From: Gordius albopunctatus
Taxonomy: Eukaryota
Direction: 5' to 3'
DNA: 64,000 nucleotides
NCBI GenBank assembly: GCA_964276515.1
Contig: OZ193909.1
Location: forward strand, 10,788,001-10,852,000
A program made the position numbers and the translations under genes. The stretch's first letter is position 1; each line of letters begins with the position of its first letter. Below are positions 24,660-37,400 of the stretch, piece by piece. The notes below the pieces were generated by a model. That model did not search any database. It saw only the letters and a program-made list of their open reading frames with translations, and had not been told where the DNA came from.

Positions 24660-26583
24660 CATTTACCTCAATTGGGACAAATGGAGAAATGATATTTATA
24701 GAAAATTCAAAGTCTATCCTTAACCCACATTAAATAGTATCAAATAAGCTTTTGAATGTTATTTCTTCAATTAGGTGCCTATGTAAATATTATTTATCCT
24801 GCTTATGATAAACATATTAGGAAATACTCTGCTTAAAACTTCTATATATTTATTGAAACCAGCGATTTTTATTTCGAAGTGGTATTACATCACAATCATC
24901 TAATCAATTGGATCTTTTGGTATTGTGATTTAAATGCTAGACATGAATATATAGTGGGCTGATAATATATTTGATGGCAAGGCAGAACAAGAAACTGTAG
25001 TATACAGAAGTCAAAATTTTCATTAAAAATAGACGAAAACATCTATTATAGTGAATTAAGACTGTATTTAAAATAAGAAACAGTAAACCAAACTACTTTT
25101 ATCGATAAAAATTTTATTTTAAAGTAAAACTGTTACCTTAAAATAGGTAATATTTGTGTTCCTAAAAATATAAGATCTTTTCCATGTATTTTTAGCTATA
25201 ATATTGACTTTCCCAAAACTTCTAAAATTCAACAAACTCTCACCAATATAGAGTTTTTAAAACATTTTTTTCCAATTTATTTACAAAAACACATTCTCGC
25301 GAACAATTTATTAATATTTTTTTACGATGCGCGAATGATCTTCCAAAATGACGAGATGCCCTTAGATACAATCGTAAAATTAAATAAACTTAAATAACAA
25401 TAATCTAGCATCTAGATGACATCGTAAAACGATTTAATAAGCAAATCGTAAATAAATGCCCACATCTTGAAAAATCATGACAGCGTGTTAAATGTATAAT
25501 TACAACAATAGATTCTAACATAATCGAAGGGGAGGCAAGTTTAAAATAATCGGAGGGGAGGCAATAAATTTAGATTCTAATTGAACGAGAGGCAACCTTG
25601 AGGAAAAGTAATATAAAATATGCTACAATCTTATTGATGTCAATTTTACTATTTTAATTTAAAAAAAATATATTTAAATTATTTATAAATATCAATACAA
25701 TCAGAAGGTACTAGCATAAAAGTTTTATCTATGAATCGTATTAGGTTAAAATATGAGAACTCACACACAGCACAATTTACATATCAAAATCACTTTCGTT
25801 TACGCAGGCTTTCAACGAGTTTCTTAAGGCGTGGAGCAGAACTTTCTTTATCGATATAAAAATAATAACAAAAGACCAAAAAAATGAATACAATAACTGC
25901 TGCTGTATAATCATATCGAGTGCAACTCGTTACAAACAAATGTAATTATAGTATATATTGCTAGTACATGTCTTTTTTGCTTGTTGGCTGGTTACGGATC
26001 ACGACACCTCATATTTTCAAATTGCAACCCTACCCGGTCCGTGCTGGCCCGGCCTGAAGTATTTTTAATAATTGATCCTCTTCCTCAGAGCTAATCACGC
26101 ACCTGGATAGTGTCTATCGTAACCAGTTCCGGTGCTACAAACTCTACCAGCGCTCCCGTCCTGTTTTGCCTTGCCGGCCTGTGCAGAATCGTTTTTCCGC
26201 ACATTGGCATTCGGTCCCAAAGGCGATATTCTCGGCAGACGGCCCTTGTGCCTAATAGCCTGCGGACGGCGTGGCGCCTCTCAACTCTTAGCGTCTCGGG
26301 GGGTGCGCACGGGGCCACCTCTCTATGTTGGTTTGGGTTTAGTCGTCCAGCTGTACTGGATAGGGCACAGACCCGCCCTTAGCCTAGCTGCTTCTCGACG
26401 TGTTTCCCGTCTTCCCGCTGTACTTCCTTTAGTTCGAATCCCTTGAAAAATATTACAAACGGCTTCATCGGTCTTCTTTTTTGGCCCTCGAACAAGATCG
26501 ATCTCGGCCTTCCGGCTTATTCGCCTCAGATCATTCCCACGTGGATCTCGACGACTACCCAATCCGTTACATATTCCATCTAG

Positions 26584-27015
26584 TTAAAAATATAATAAGA
26601 TTATTAAATTAATCTGTAATTGTTCAACGTGACGTATATGTCGACCTGAGAAGCTACTACTTCTATATCGCTTTTGAGATAGGCTTTTCGCCTCTAGCCA
26701 CTTCTCTTTTACTATATACTTAAGCGCCCACACAGCATCAACTATTTTAAACTTAGTTTCGCCGGTTAATGTCGTGTTTAATTGCGCCGATCTTAACATC
26801 GTATTTACGGGAGTGTGTAGTAAACAGCGAAGAAATACCTTGCTAATCGGTTGTCGAGAAGGGAACCTTGGAAACGTCATGATACAGTCGAGAAAGCCAT
26901 GCCCCGTCTTTTTTGACTTAAGCGTTTTTAAACCATCGTTTCACGATAGCCACGTGCCTTTCCGCGAGTCCATTAGTACTAGGATGATACGGAGGGGTTA
27001 TAATATTGAAATTAA
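26584..27015 (-). mobile_element. Gypsy-type integrase C-terminal remnant
   Basis: Minus strand ITPPYHPSTNGLAERHVAIVKRWFKN near 26920-27003, followed by frameshifted sequence ending SGRHIRHVEQL. Confidence 0.75.
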
Positions 27016-27154
27016 CGTACGGAATGTGTGCGCTAGGGAATAGAAAGTTTAAGAAATGCGCTTTTACGATTCGTTATTTATGGTTCCCTGGCACAATCCC
27101 GAAACCGAATTTGAATGCTACACTTGGCGCCAATTCACATATTTTAAACAATAT

Positions 27155-27357
27155 AAATTTCCAATAGCTGCTTGTCACACTAAAGTGGTCATCTTCTTTA
27201 GATATTTGGATGAGGGATGATGCCCGGCTATCCAGGCCTGACAAACCGTGGTGACGAAGTGATTTTGAATCTTATGAAATAAGTGCCAGAGGGGGGATTG
27301 AACCTGCGAGCTCTTGCTTCAAAGACTAAACCTATACCCACTACGCCACCATGCCCC
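27155..27357 (-). mobile_element. Intact tRNA-derived SINE (about 203 nt)
   Basis: Reverse complement of 16088-16272 plus 17791-17810; A and B boxes; TSD atattttaaacaatat / atattttaaccaatat. Confidence 0.9.
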
Positions 27358-27639
27358 AATATTTTAACCAATATGCAATCATATAATTAAGCTTTTACCA
27401 AATTTTTGGTTGAGAGAGCAAATCAAGATAATAAAGAAAATAAAAATTATTTTTAGAGTGTGATAAATCTAATAGAAAAAACATGATCCTGACCCATAAA
27501 GTCTATGATTATATTAAGATTAGAGAGGGAAAATGTGGATAGGTGCATTACAAGTTCAGGCAATTTACTATATGTCATTGCCCAAGAAAGGCTGTACTTA
27601 AGATTAATAATTGTGTAGTCACAAAATTGTATTCAAAGT

Positions 27640-30600
27640 CTTCTTCTTCTTTATCAGTTATTTGGTCCCACATTGGTGGGGTTTGTTTAGATAAGTTTCT
27701 TCCATCTTGACCGGGTGAGTGCCATGTCTTGACTAATCTCTTTAGTTTCCATAACTTTATCGACTTGCCCTTTCCACGTGACACGGGGTCGTCCTCTTCC
27801 TCTCTTCCCCGGTACCTCCATGTCCAGTACTTTTAGATTTACGTCATCCGTATCCCTTCTTAGTATATGACCATACAACCTTAGCCGATTTTTGTTAATC
27901 ATGTTCACCATAGATTGAATACCCATTTTTTTCATGAAAATGTCATTCGTCATATGGTCGAGCTTAGTATACCCCAAGCTCCACCGTATCATTCTCATCT
28001 CTGTGGCTTGTAATAGCTTTAATTCCGTGGTGTTTAATGCCCATGTTTCACTTTCATAGAGTAACACCGGTCTTACGACGGATTTGTAAGCTTTGCTCTT
28101 CAACCATATTGGCATTTTCTTGTCACACAAAACACCGGATATACTTCGCCATTTGAGCCATCCTTTTTGGATCCGGGCATTGACTTCTGTTGTGCAACCT
28201 CCCTCTTGATGTAGCATCGAGCCGAGGTATGTGAACCTGTCTACTTTTGGGTACTTTAGATGGTCATCCAGCGATGGGGTGCCTGTACCGTTTATTTCCA
28301 TGTATACCGTTTTCCTATCGTTGACCTTTAAACCATATCCAGCTAAGCGCTTTGACCATTTTTCGGCTTCTTCTAATACTTTCTCTCTTGTTTCCTCGCA
28401 TAGTACTATATTATCGGCATATAGCATACACTATGGCGAAGGCTTTTGAACGTCCCTCGTTATCGTGTCTATAATTATATTAAATAAAAAGAGACTTAAA
28501 GCAGAGCCTTGATGTAATCCAATATTAACCCGAAAAGGTTTAGAGTCTCCAACTGTCGTCCTAACGCAAGAGTTTGAAGCTTCATAAATATTTTTCATAA
28601 GCCGTATATACGCGTCAGGGATATTTTGTTTCCTCAGGCACCACCATATTAAGTCGCGGGGGACCGTGTCATAAGCTTTCTCCAAGTCGATAAAAACCAT
28701 ATGTAGGTCTTTCATCTTTTCACCATACTTATCCATCATTTGTGTCACGGCGAAGATTGGGTCGATTGTGGATTTGCCGGCCACGAATCCGAATTGATTC
28801 GCCGATATTTCCACCTCGCTTTTCAGCCTTGTTACTAAGATCCTTTCCAAAAGCTTCAAGGAGTGGCAAGTTAGCTTGATACCTCTGTAATTGCCGCAGT
28901 CCTGAGGGTCTCCTTTGCCTTTAAATAATGGTATAATCGTGCTTGCTCTCCATTGATTAAGGATTCGCTCTTCTACCAATATCTTGTTAAGGAGGTTCGT
29001 CATGGTGGTGACTCCTTCTTCACGACATCCGAGCAATGCTTCCATAGGTATTCCATCTGGACCATTTGTTTTTCCCTTTTGCAACTTGTTCATTTGTGTT
29101 CTAACTTCATCCTCCTGAAAGAGTTCGACCATATTTATATTTGGTTCCATTTCGGGAAGGGAATCCTTGTCGTTTGCAATATTCATAAGTTTCTTAAAAT
29201 ATCCTTTCCACCTTTCCATCACTTCTTTCGGCTTGAATAAGGTTTGACCCTTCTCGCTTTTGACTATTTTAAGAACTCTGACATCGCGACTTTTCTTCTC
29301 CCTTATCTTGGCCAATTTGTACATAAGCCTATCGCCCCCTTTATGATCCAGTTTGTTTGCCATCTCGGTGTACGCGGCATTCTTCGCTTTTGCAACGGCC
29401 TTTTTTGCGGCCCTCTTTGCGTACCTGTACTCTTGATAATCCTCCAACTTTTTTGATTTATGCCACCGTCTATATAGATTTTTCTTTCTTTCGATGAAAT
29501 CTTTAACCGATTGATCCCACCACCATAGTTCCCTATTCATAGCTTTGCCCCCTTTGGTCTGTCCTAGAACACGAATCGCTGTTTCCTTAATGTCCTAAGA
29601 TAGCGTCTCCCAATCGTCGTCTACGTCCCTTTGCAACTTCCTTGCACCCAAGAGTGAGCAGGCTTTTTGATGGTATTCTTTGTTGGTCGGCGTATCCTTT
29701 AGCCTTTTGTATCGAATTAGAGGATCATAGAACTTTCTTCTTTCGGGAAATACTCTTCTGTCAAGATCCATAACAAGGGGACGATGTTGCTTGGCGATTT
29801 CTTCTCCCGGTATCACTTTGCAATCCTTGATACTCCATAAGTCCTTTCGCCGTATAAGCAAATAGTCGATTTGACTAAAATGCTTCCCACTTCTATAGGT
29901 CACAATATGATCTTCGCGCTTTTGAAAATAGGTGTTAACGATCGCCATGTCATATGCTTGGGATACTTGGAGAAGTTTTTCCCCTTCTTTGTTCTTCAGA
30001 CCATGCCCATAGCCTCCATGATTGCGTTCATACCCGAGGCGATCTTTCCCAACGTGAGCGTTGAAATCTGCCCCAATAATTAGCCTTTCTTCCTGTCCTA
30101 TTCCTTGTATTTCCTTTTCCAATGAATCGAAGAATATGTCTTTCTCTGATTCCAAACATCCAATTTGGGGGGCATACGCGCACATAACGGTTAGGAGACC
30201 CCCTTGATCTGCAATCTTCACCCACATTAGCCTGTCGGAACAACGCTTGACTTCCACCACCTTGTCCTTGAACGTTTCACTTAGAACGATACAGATCTCG
30301 TTTCTACGATTTGATGACCCACTGTAGAAAAGATTGTATCCTTCTCCTAATTCCCGAGCTTTCGTTCCGTTCCACCTCGTCTCTTGTATGCAGGCGATGT
30401 GTACCTTTATTCTTTTTAGCATCTGTGTGACCTCGATGCTCTTCCCCGTCAACGTTCCCACATTCCAGCACGTAATTCGCATTCTTTCCACAACTAGTTT
30501 CCTTAACCGCCTTCGTTGTGAGTTGGGCAGTAACCCTAGTGTATTTTTCACATTGCACGGGCGGGGTATGCAGTGCACGTCGTTTGTGGAGGACTCCTTA

Positions 30601-30705
30601 GCCTTTTCTTGAAAAATCCTGTTTGAAACTATCATGGTTTTGGAGTTGATTTTTATAGCCGGTTTCCGACCTGACGCCAACCCTCCACTATTTGCACACG
30701 GACTT
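27640..30705 (-). mobile_element. Nearly full-length RTE-clade LINE (APE endonuclease + RT, single ORF 30680-27687)
   Basis: WNVGTLTGKS, IQETRW, GADFNAHVG, SQIDY, QHRPL (APE); GPDGIP, NYRGIKL, QFGF, FIDLEKAYD, GLHQGSALS, YADN (RT). The three ORF pieces are in one frame. (AAG)n tail. Confidence 0.97.
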
Positions 30706-31019
30706 ACTTTATTTTTATTTATTAAATTTTGGCATCAAATGAAAAGTTATATATTTTCAATGGAACAAATATCAATCTGTTGAATATATCTCTACAAATA
30801 GAGTAACAACTTTTTATAAATTATTCTTAAAAAATTGAATTTTTTTGTACGTTCATGTTAAGTTAGTACTAAGAATAGCTTGCTAGATGCTAATAAAAGG
30901 ACCCCTATACAGGGTGATCATCAACCAACTCCTGCACCAGCTGAAAATTCACAAAGTATTTGTTTATCTTTAATTGGTATAACCCTGATATAATTTATAT
31001 GTAATAATTTTGCCATTCC

Positions 31020-31195
31020 AAAAAGGAAATCGATCTTTTTGCTCAATGATTATCTATATGTCGATCCCAAAACTACTCAGATCACAACGTACTATAGATG
31101 CAGAAATTTAAAATGCCCTTGCAGATTAATATATTGTACAAATATAGCTAAATTAAGAAATAATCACAACCATAAACCTGAAACTAATGAGTATT
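31020..31195 (+). pseudogene. FLYWCH-like zinc-finger fragment (likely MULE-derived)
   Basis: Translation NDYLYVDPKTTQITTYYRCRNLKCPCRLIYCTNIAKLRNNHNHKPE (Y.Y ... YRC....C ... HNH pattern); no continuation. Confidence 0.55.
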
Positions 31196-31819
31196 AATAT
31201 TTAGTAACAAAGTATAAATTAAAGGAGGCCTAAAATAAATGTTTGTAGATATTGAAAAATTTAATATTTGCAATTTAGACTATATTTATATTTGCTTGTA
31301 ATAATTTTAAACATTAGTCTTTTTTAATTGCAGCCCTCTTAAAAAATTTGAGATAGATACTAAATTAAATATATTAATTTACCATAGAGTTATAATATAA
31401 TCCTTATTTACTGATAAGTGTCAAATACTAAATGGTTTATTGTATAAACTTTAACAAATTAAATAATTCTAAAGGTTATACCCAAATCTAGCTCTTGAAT
31501 TAATGGATTGAAAGTGTACATAATGTTGTTGGGTATGTGATAAAACTTTAAAATTAAAAAACATATGGAAATATGAAAATCATAGCAATAGCATTATCGT
31601 AGTTTTGGGATTCTGATATGAGGTCAGATTTGTTTGGAATTTTCTGCCCGAATCCGGACCGAATCATTTTTTAGCTTCCTAGCCCGACCGAACCCTTCTA
31701 AGTGTCCGCCCATGCCCGCCCAAATCGTTAAAGCGGGCCAAATTGCCCGGCACGAAATATTAAATTTACCCGTTAAGCCCGAATTTATGCTATGCCAAAC
31801 AGAGGTCCAATTTGTCTAA

Positions 31820-33115
31820 CCCCGCGTTCGTGATGACGCGCGAATTGCTAATTAATTCGCACGAAAATAACAAATGTATTAATTAAATAGAAGGCGTTCA
31901 TAGTGAAATCGCAGACGATTATTTTCGCACGCGGCAAAAAGCGAACAAAATAAGATACAACTCATTTTGTATTTTTCGCGCGATGGTGGAAAAAGTGAAT
32001 TTGTTATGTTATGTATTTTCTATATAATTTTATATGTTTATAGCATAATTACGATCTGATCAATGATATATGATAAATTCAATGATGAATATAAGGATAT
32101 TTAAAAAGAAATGAAGAGTCTGATAAATTAGCCAAAAAATATTTTCTCTTATGCTAATTAGTTTAGGTGAAGATATAAAATTAAGATGGAAGAATCTTAG
32201 AAATACATACATTAAAGAGTTGAATAAGGCCAAAAATCTTAAGAGTGGAAGTGGTTTGACCACATCTTATTGGCCTTACTAGATGATTCAATATTGTTTG
32301 GAGAAGATCTATCAATTAACCCAGATAGCATGTATTCTGATGCTTCAACTAGTAATAAGGAAAATGGTAAATTGATAAAGCTTATATTAATTAATATTCA
32401 TATAGAACCTCCAACTCCAAATTAAAAAGAAAAGGAAGAAAATAATGTAGATATTTTATTATATTTGTAACATATGTACAACCAATAAAATAAATATGAT
32501 ATGTAAAAGATTTAGAAACAGCAAATTAAATATATATTATATATAAAAATCTAAGGCAGTATAGAAATCTTGAGCTATCTTTTCAAAATCTTCCAAAGAT
32601 GGAGATTTCAAATGTAAAATGGAGGATATTGCATTGCATGCTTCGATCAAAATATAATGTATAGTTGATATTCCTATCTTATGTGAATAGCTTATTGATG
32701 GATAAGAATTTCCACAAGCCAAATATCTAAATTAAGATGTGTTAAAAAATTGATAATGATTACCTGATAGTTATCATTAATTTTTCTTCATGTGAAATGG
32801 AAAATGCATAGTTTCTTCTCTGTGCTTTTATCTTGGTAGTTATTTTTCTAATATATAATAAAAAAATTTCCTAAAAACTAATTAATTCATCATTTTACCT
32901 TGCTCATCCTAAAATAATTGAAGAATTTTACTGGATAGTTCACATTTTTCTATTACCCTATTATAAATATAAGTGTTTTAATTTTAAAGTTAGGTGAAAC
33001 CATGTTATAGGCGAATTAAATCGCACGCATCACGAACAACGATCGCCTGCGAATTGCTTAAACAATTTCGCGAAACAAAATTCGCTTCGCTTTTTTGCGC
33101 TTTGCGCATCATTAC
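31820..33115. mobile_element. PIF/Harbinger transposon relic with convergent MADF/Myb-like (+) and transposase (-) remnants
   Basis: + strand KLRWKNLRNTYIKELNKAKNLKSGSG...YWPY near 32178-32280. Minus strand ACGNSYPSISYSHKIGISTIHYILIEACNAI...FEKIAQDF at 32537-32722. Ends cgttcgtgatgacgcgcgaa / ttgcgcatcattacg. Confidence 0.72.
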
Positions 33116-33187
33116 GATAACTTTTTTTCCCGAACCCTTTACTATCCAAATTTTTAACTAAATTGCCCACCTGAACGCTTCTAAGTG

Positions 33188-33573
33188 TTCACCCTGGGAC
33201 ATTAACGTACATCTCCTCATTATCATAAAGAAGCCCATAAATTGAGTACCTTTTATAATAATTATCAGTTTTATTATAAGAAATACCTAAATTATAACTT
33301 TAATCCGAAATTGAATGATTAATATGCTTTTTGTGGGGGACATTTTTTGACATCGGGACATTGGTGGCCCGTCAACTTGCTGAAATCCATCTTGCCGAGG
33401 ATGTCCCAATGTTAAAATGTCCCCCAACAAAATAGCATATAAATCATTCAATTTGGAATTAAAGTTATAATTTAGGTATTTTTATAATAAAATGGATAAT
33501 TATTATAAAAGGTACTCAATTTAGGGCCTTCTTTATGATAACGGGGAGATGATCGTAAATGTCCTAGGGTGAA
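33188..33573. repeat. Long inverted repeat (about 170-bp arms, fold-back/MITE)
   Basis: 33188-33360 is an imperfect reverse complement of 33401-33573. Confidence 0.88.
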
Positions 33574-33713
33574 TTCGGCAAGATTGTTTTCGGCGAGTTG
33601 ATAGGGCAGCTGGGACATCCAATTCGGCAAGATGGTTTTCGGCAAGTTGACGGGCCATCGAATTCTGGAATGGCTCGTTTCGCTATATAGAAATTAACTT
33701 AGAATTCAGTCAT

Positions 33714-34110
33714 ATGATGGAATATGTACCTCTTGTAATTTTTACAATTTTAGTTACAATAATTATTCCCGTTTTTATTTATTTGTTTTTAAACAATAAG
33801 GTATAATATAAATAAAAACCTATGTGAAATTGTTAGACAGAAACATCCACTCAACCAGATGGCTACTATAAAAAATTGGACCATGTAGAGTCTAAAATTA
33901 AAAATAAAAATATTATTAAAGCCATGGATAAATTGTCGGAAGAAGACATAAAAGACGAGAAAAAGTTTTTTATGGCTTTTAATCTATATTTTTAGGGTTG
34001 AAAGAGAACAATTAAAATCTATTTTTAAGTTGATGGAAGCTAACTCTGACAAATTTGGTTCATTCTCTGAGTTTGACTTTGAAGAACAAAAGAAACTATA
34101 TGCCCTTTAA
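33714..34110 (+). CDS. MXRA7: MXRA7-like small single-pass membrane protein; exons 33714-33800, 33837-33964, 33996-34110
   Basis: Spliced product MMEYVPLVIFTILVTIIIPVFIYLFLNNK-TETSTQPDGYYKKLDHVESKIKNKNIIKAMDKLSEEDIKDEKKVEREQLKSIFKLMEANSDKFGSFSEFDFEEQKKLYAL*. The C-terminus matches the remembered MXRA7 motif EEE..V..EQL..IFKLM..N...FG..S..D..EQ..LY. GT-AG introns of 36 and 31 nt. Confidence 0.85.
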
Positions 34111-35275
34111 GTTTATCATTTGTCTTATGATGTTAGGCATTATATTAATAATGTCAGTTTTCAAGTGGAATTAGTGAAATTGATATTTGATGTCATCATT
34201 TTTTGGTTGGAGATTATAATGATTTTTAATTGTTCTTATTTGTAAACATTGTATTATTTTATTATGTTGAATTATAAATTTGGTTCATGGTAATATCAAA
34301 TTAAATTTTTATGTGCTCATTATCACAAATCTTTAGCTTATAATATTTAACTGTATTTAAAAAATGTATATTTTAATATCTAATATTACAATACTTATAG
34401 CATCAATATCAAATTAACAATTTTTATAGTACGAAGTAAAAACTTTATTGATCATATGAAGACATAAGCTTAGAATGATTACATGAATATAAAAAGAGAT
34501 TGGCTTATCTTGGTAAGGGCTTTATAAGCCAATCATTTCACATAATAGGGAGAATAGTACACTATATTTACTTGTTTGAGTAAAATATAAAATAAATATG
34601 TTTGATTATATAAAAGTCTTTGAATTGAATAAATTTGATTATTAATTTTTGCAAGAAATATTTTTATTAACTATTTCTATTAAGGAAAAAGTTTAAGATT
34701 ATTTATTGATTTCTTATAAATTGAGATCATACAAAAAATTTTAATAAAATTTAAAAGGCATAAGAATAGAGTTTTATGTTATTACATTATTTTCATGTTA
34801 CTTATCTTAGCTACTAAAATGAATGAATAAATATTGTGAAAAATGATTTTTAAATAAAAGAGGATTTCAATGCGATAAAAGTGGCGTAACTATGCTACCT
34901 TTGGCCATGAATAATTGCAAAGATTAGATTTTCAAAGCTGATTTGTTATGATTATACTTAGATGAGGGTGATGCAACACCGTTACATCATCGTTTTATTT
35001 TAATTAATTGGACATTTCTAAATCAAGATGATTTTAGTCATTGCAATCTTGTATTTTTACAAAACATTTTTATATATTTAGTAGACAACACTAAATAATT
35101 TTTCATTGCCTCAATACAGCCGTCTTTAAATATTGCCGTTGTTTTTTTCGATGTATTTTATCCATTTAAAATAAAAAAATCGGCTGAGGAGATTTTTGAT
35201 TGCCCTTAACACTAGTCCTAAAGAAACAAAAGTGTGTAGACCCATGCTGATTGGACTTACAATATTGATAAGGAT

Positions 35276-35529
35276 CATTGGCTTAGGGAGGGGTTGGTTA
35301 TCGAGTTAGAACCCCTCCCATGATTTTCAAATTATATAATTTATATTGTATATTTAATAAAAATAAATATTGTTGGAATTTTACTTTTAGTATTTTATTA
35401 TTTTTACGATATTGTCACTTTAAACTTTTAGGAAGAAAAACATTATTAGCCAAAAAAAAGTTACAAAAAAATTTGACATTGGAAATTTTATACCCCCCCC
35501 CCTTTGAGGAAATCCTAGTTACACCTCTG
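35276..35529. mobile_element. Small hAT-type MITE
   Basis: Perfect 8-bp TSD ataaggat; right end aaatcctagttacacctctg resembles the right end of the 10486-12434 hAT. Confidence 0.75.
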
Positions 35530-37400
35530 ATAAGGATTAGGTAGCTCAAGCGAATTTGGTTTATGGAGAGGTATAAGGTGAGAAAATACATAAGAGATCA
35601 TCATTTAGTTTAAAAAACTGGTATAGAAAAATAATTTCAGCCGTCGTTCCTCCTTACGGAATTAAGGCCCTCAAGAGTTCTAGCTACGCCACTGGGGATT
35701 GCTCACCATTTTCAACGAATGGCTACGGGGAAAATTTTTCAATAGAGTTGACCCCTTCCAACTTGTTTAAAATCAAAGTTCGGCCCCCACGGGAAAAATG
35801 ATGGCTATGCCACTGAATGAAATGTCTTATTAAGAATAAATTTCATTATTTCACAAATTTGCTTGCTGTTTAACTTATTCACATCAAATTCTCTGTTTTA
35901 CAAAAGGTCTACTTTTACCCTTGTTTTACTAGCCACGTCCACTGTTTTTTCCAATAATAAACGTCATTAAACCGCAATAAAATTTTTTATTAAAAAATAG
36001 TTATTTATATGGCAAATTTTTAATTATCTCAAGATATATTTATGCAAAAATTTTATAAAAAATTGCATTCCTCCGGAAATATATTTTCTTTAAAATATAT
36101 TTTTTATTATATTGATTGTATTAAGTTTATTAAATTCCTTTTGTTTTTTAAAAAAATTTGTGAAAAAAAGAGGATAATACTTTTCGCAATTCATTATACC
36201 GCATTATTGCATATAAATCAATGTAACATTTTTGTTAAGGGATGAAAGGGGTTAATCTGCCTAAGCTTTAATTTTTAACCCATCTCTTCAAAAATCGATC
36301 GATAATACTGCAGGTGGCCTACATAAAAATATTCACCATAATTGTCGACACAAAATCAATATTCCATTTTCACTTACAGGTAAAAATCATATTGCGCAAT
36401 CTTTATTTTTATCATAATTACATTATGAAACAAAGAAATCATTTAGGAGATTTTATAAATATTCTACAAAAATTTTATGTTATCATCTCGTAAAAGTTTA
36501 TATAGTATTGAAGGTTTTTTGTTAATTTAAAAGTATCGAATATTGTTAATACATTAAGTTTTCACATGCTTAACATTGCTTAAGGTGCGCTTTAAATTAA
36601 AAATCCTATCTAGCTTAAAGCCTATAAAAGCCATTCATATTACTGTAATAAATTTACAATTATTATTCTGGTAGGGATTACCAAGCGGAATTCCTTTTAA
36701 AAACTTAGAAGCTAATATAGTATGGTATGAAAATGAGCAAAAATCCTAATTTTCTAAAAAGTCGGAGTAAATAATCAGATTCAACCATTGGTACTTTTTA
36801 TTGAACAAAAAGCAAGCTTCTTAATAGGTTTTAATTTCTTAACTCTGATAGTTAAAAGTTTATATTATTAAGCATCATGGGCGTTGCCAGCAGTGGCGTA
36901 GCTAGCCTTGGCTAAGCCATGGGGGGGGGGGACAAAAAAAATTAAATACAAAAACCCTTAAAAAAATATTTTATTGCAACAACCCTAATAAATCTTGGCC
37001 ATATATATAACAAATTTAATATTGGCTGCATTTTCAGGCAGCATTTATATCAGCAAAACAATGAGAACATTTAAAAGCCTTTTTTAAGGCTAGATCCTCA
37101 AAAGGCGTAATTATAACATAAAATTAAAAAATAATAATTATGAATTAAAATTCGTTCGAGAATGAGTATTTAAAAGTTATTGGCCCTGATGATATTATAG
37201 AAATATTTGTACAACCCCCCCCCCCTTTACACCACCTAAAAATTCAAATGAACTAATAAATTTAACGGCTAAATGAACCTTAAAAATATTCTGTCAAAAT
37301 TATATTAAACAAAATTTTACTTAATAATTTTAGATGAAATTAGAGATGTGAGATGAGATGCACGCACAGAACAACTTAAACTTAGCGTTTATATACAACT

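Noticed and set aside
28428..29597. Stop-codon readthrough or alternative genetic code (in-frame TAGs in the RTE)
   Set aside because: Host genes translate with the standard code, and the same copy has a dead YADN motif. Simple point mutation explains the stops.
28231..30612. Plus-strand ORFs over the RTE (also 57030-58295)
   Set aside because: Antisense shadows of the RT coding strand.
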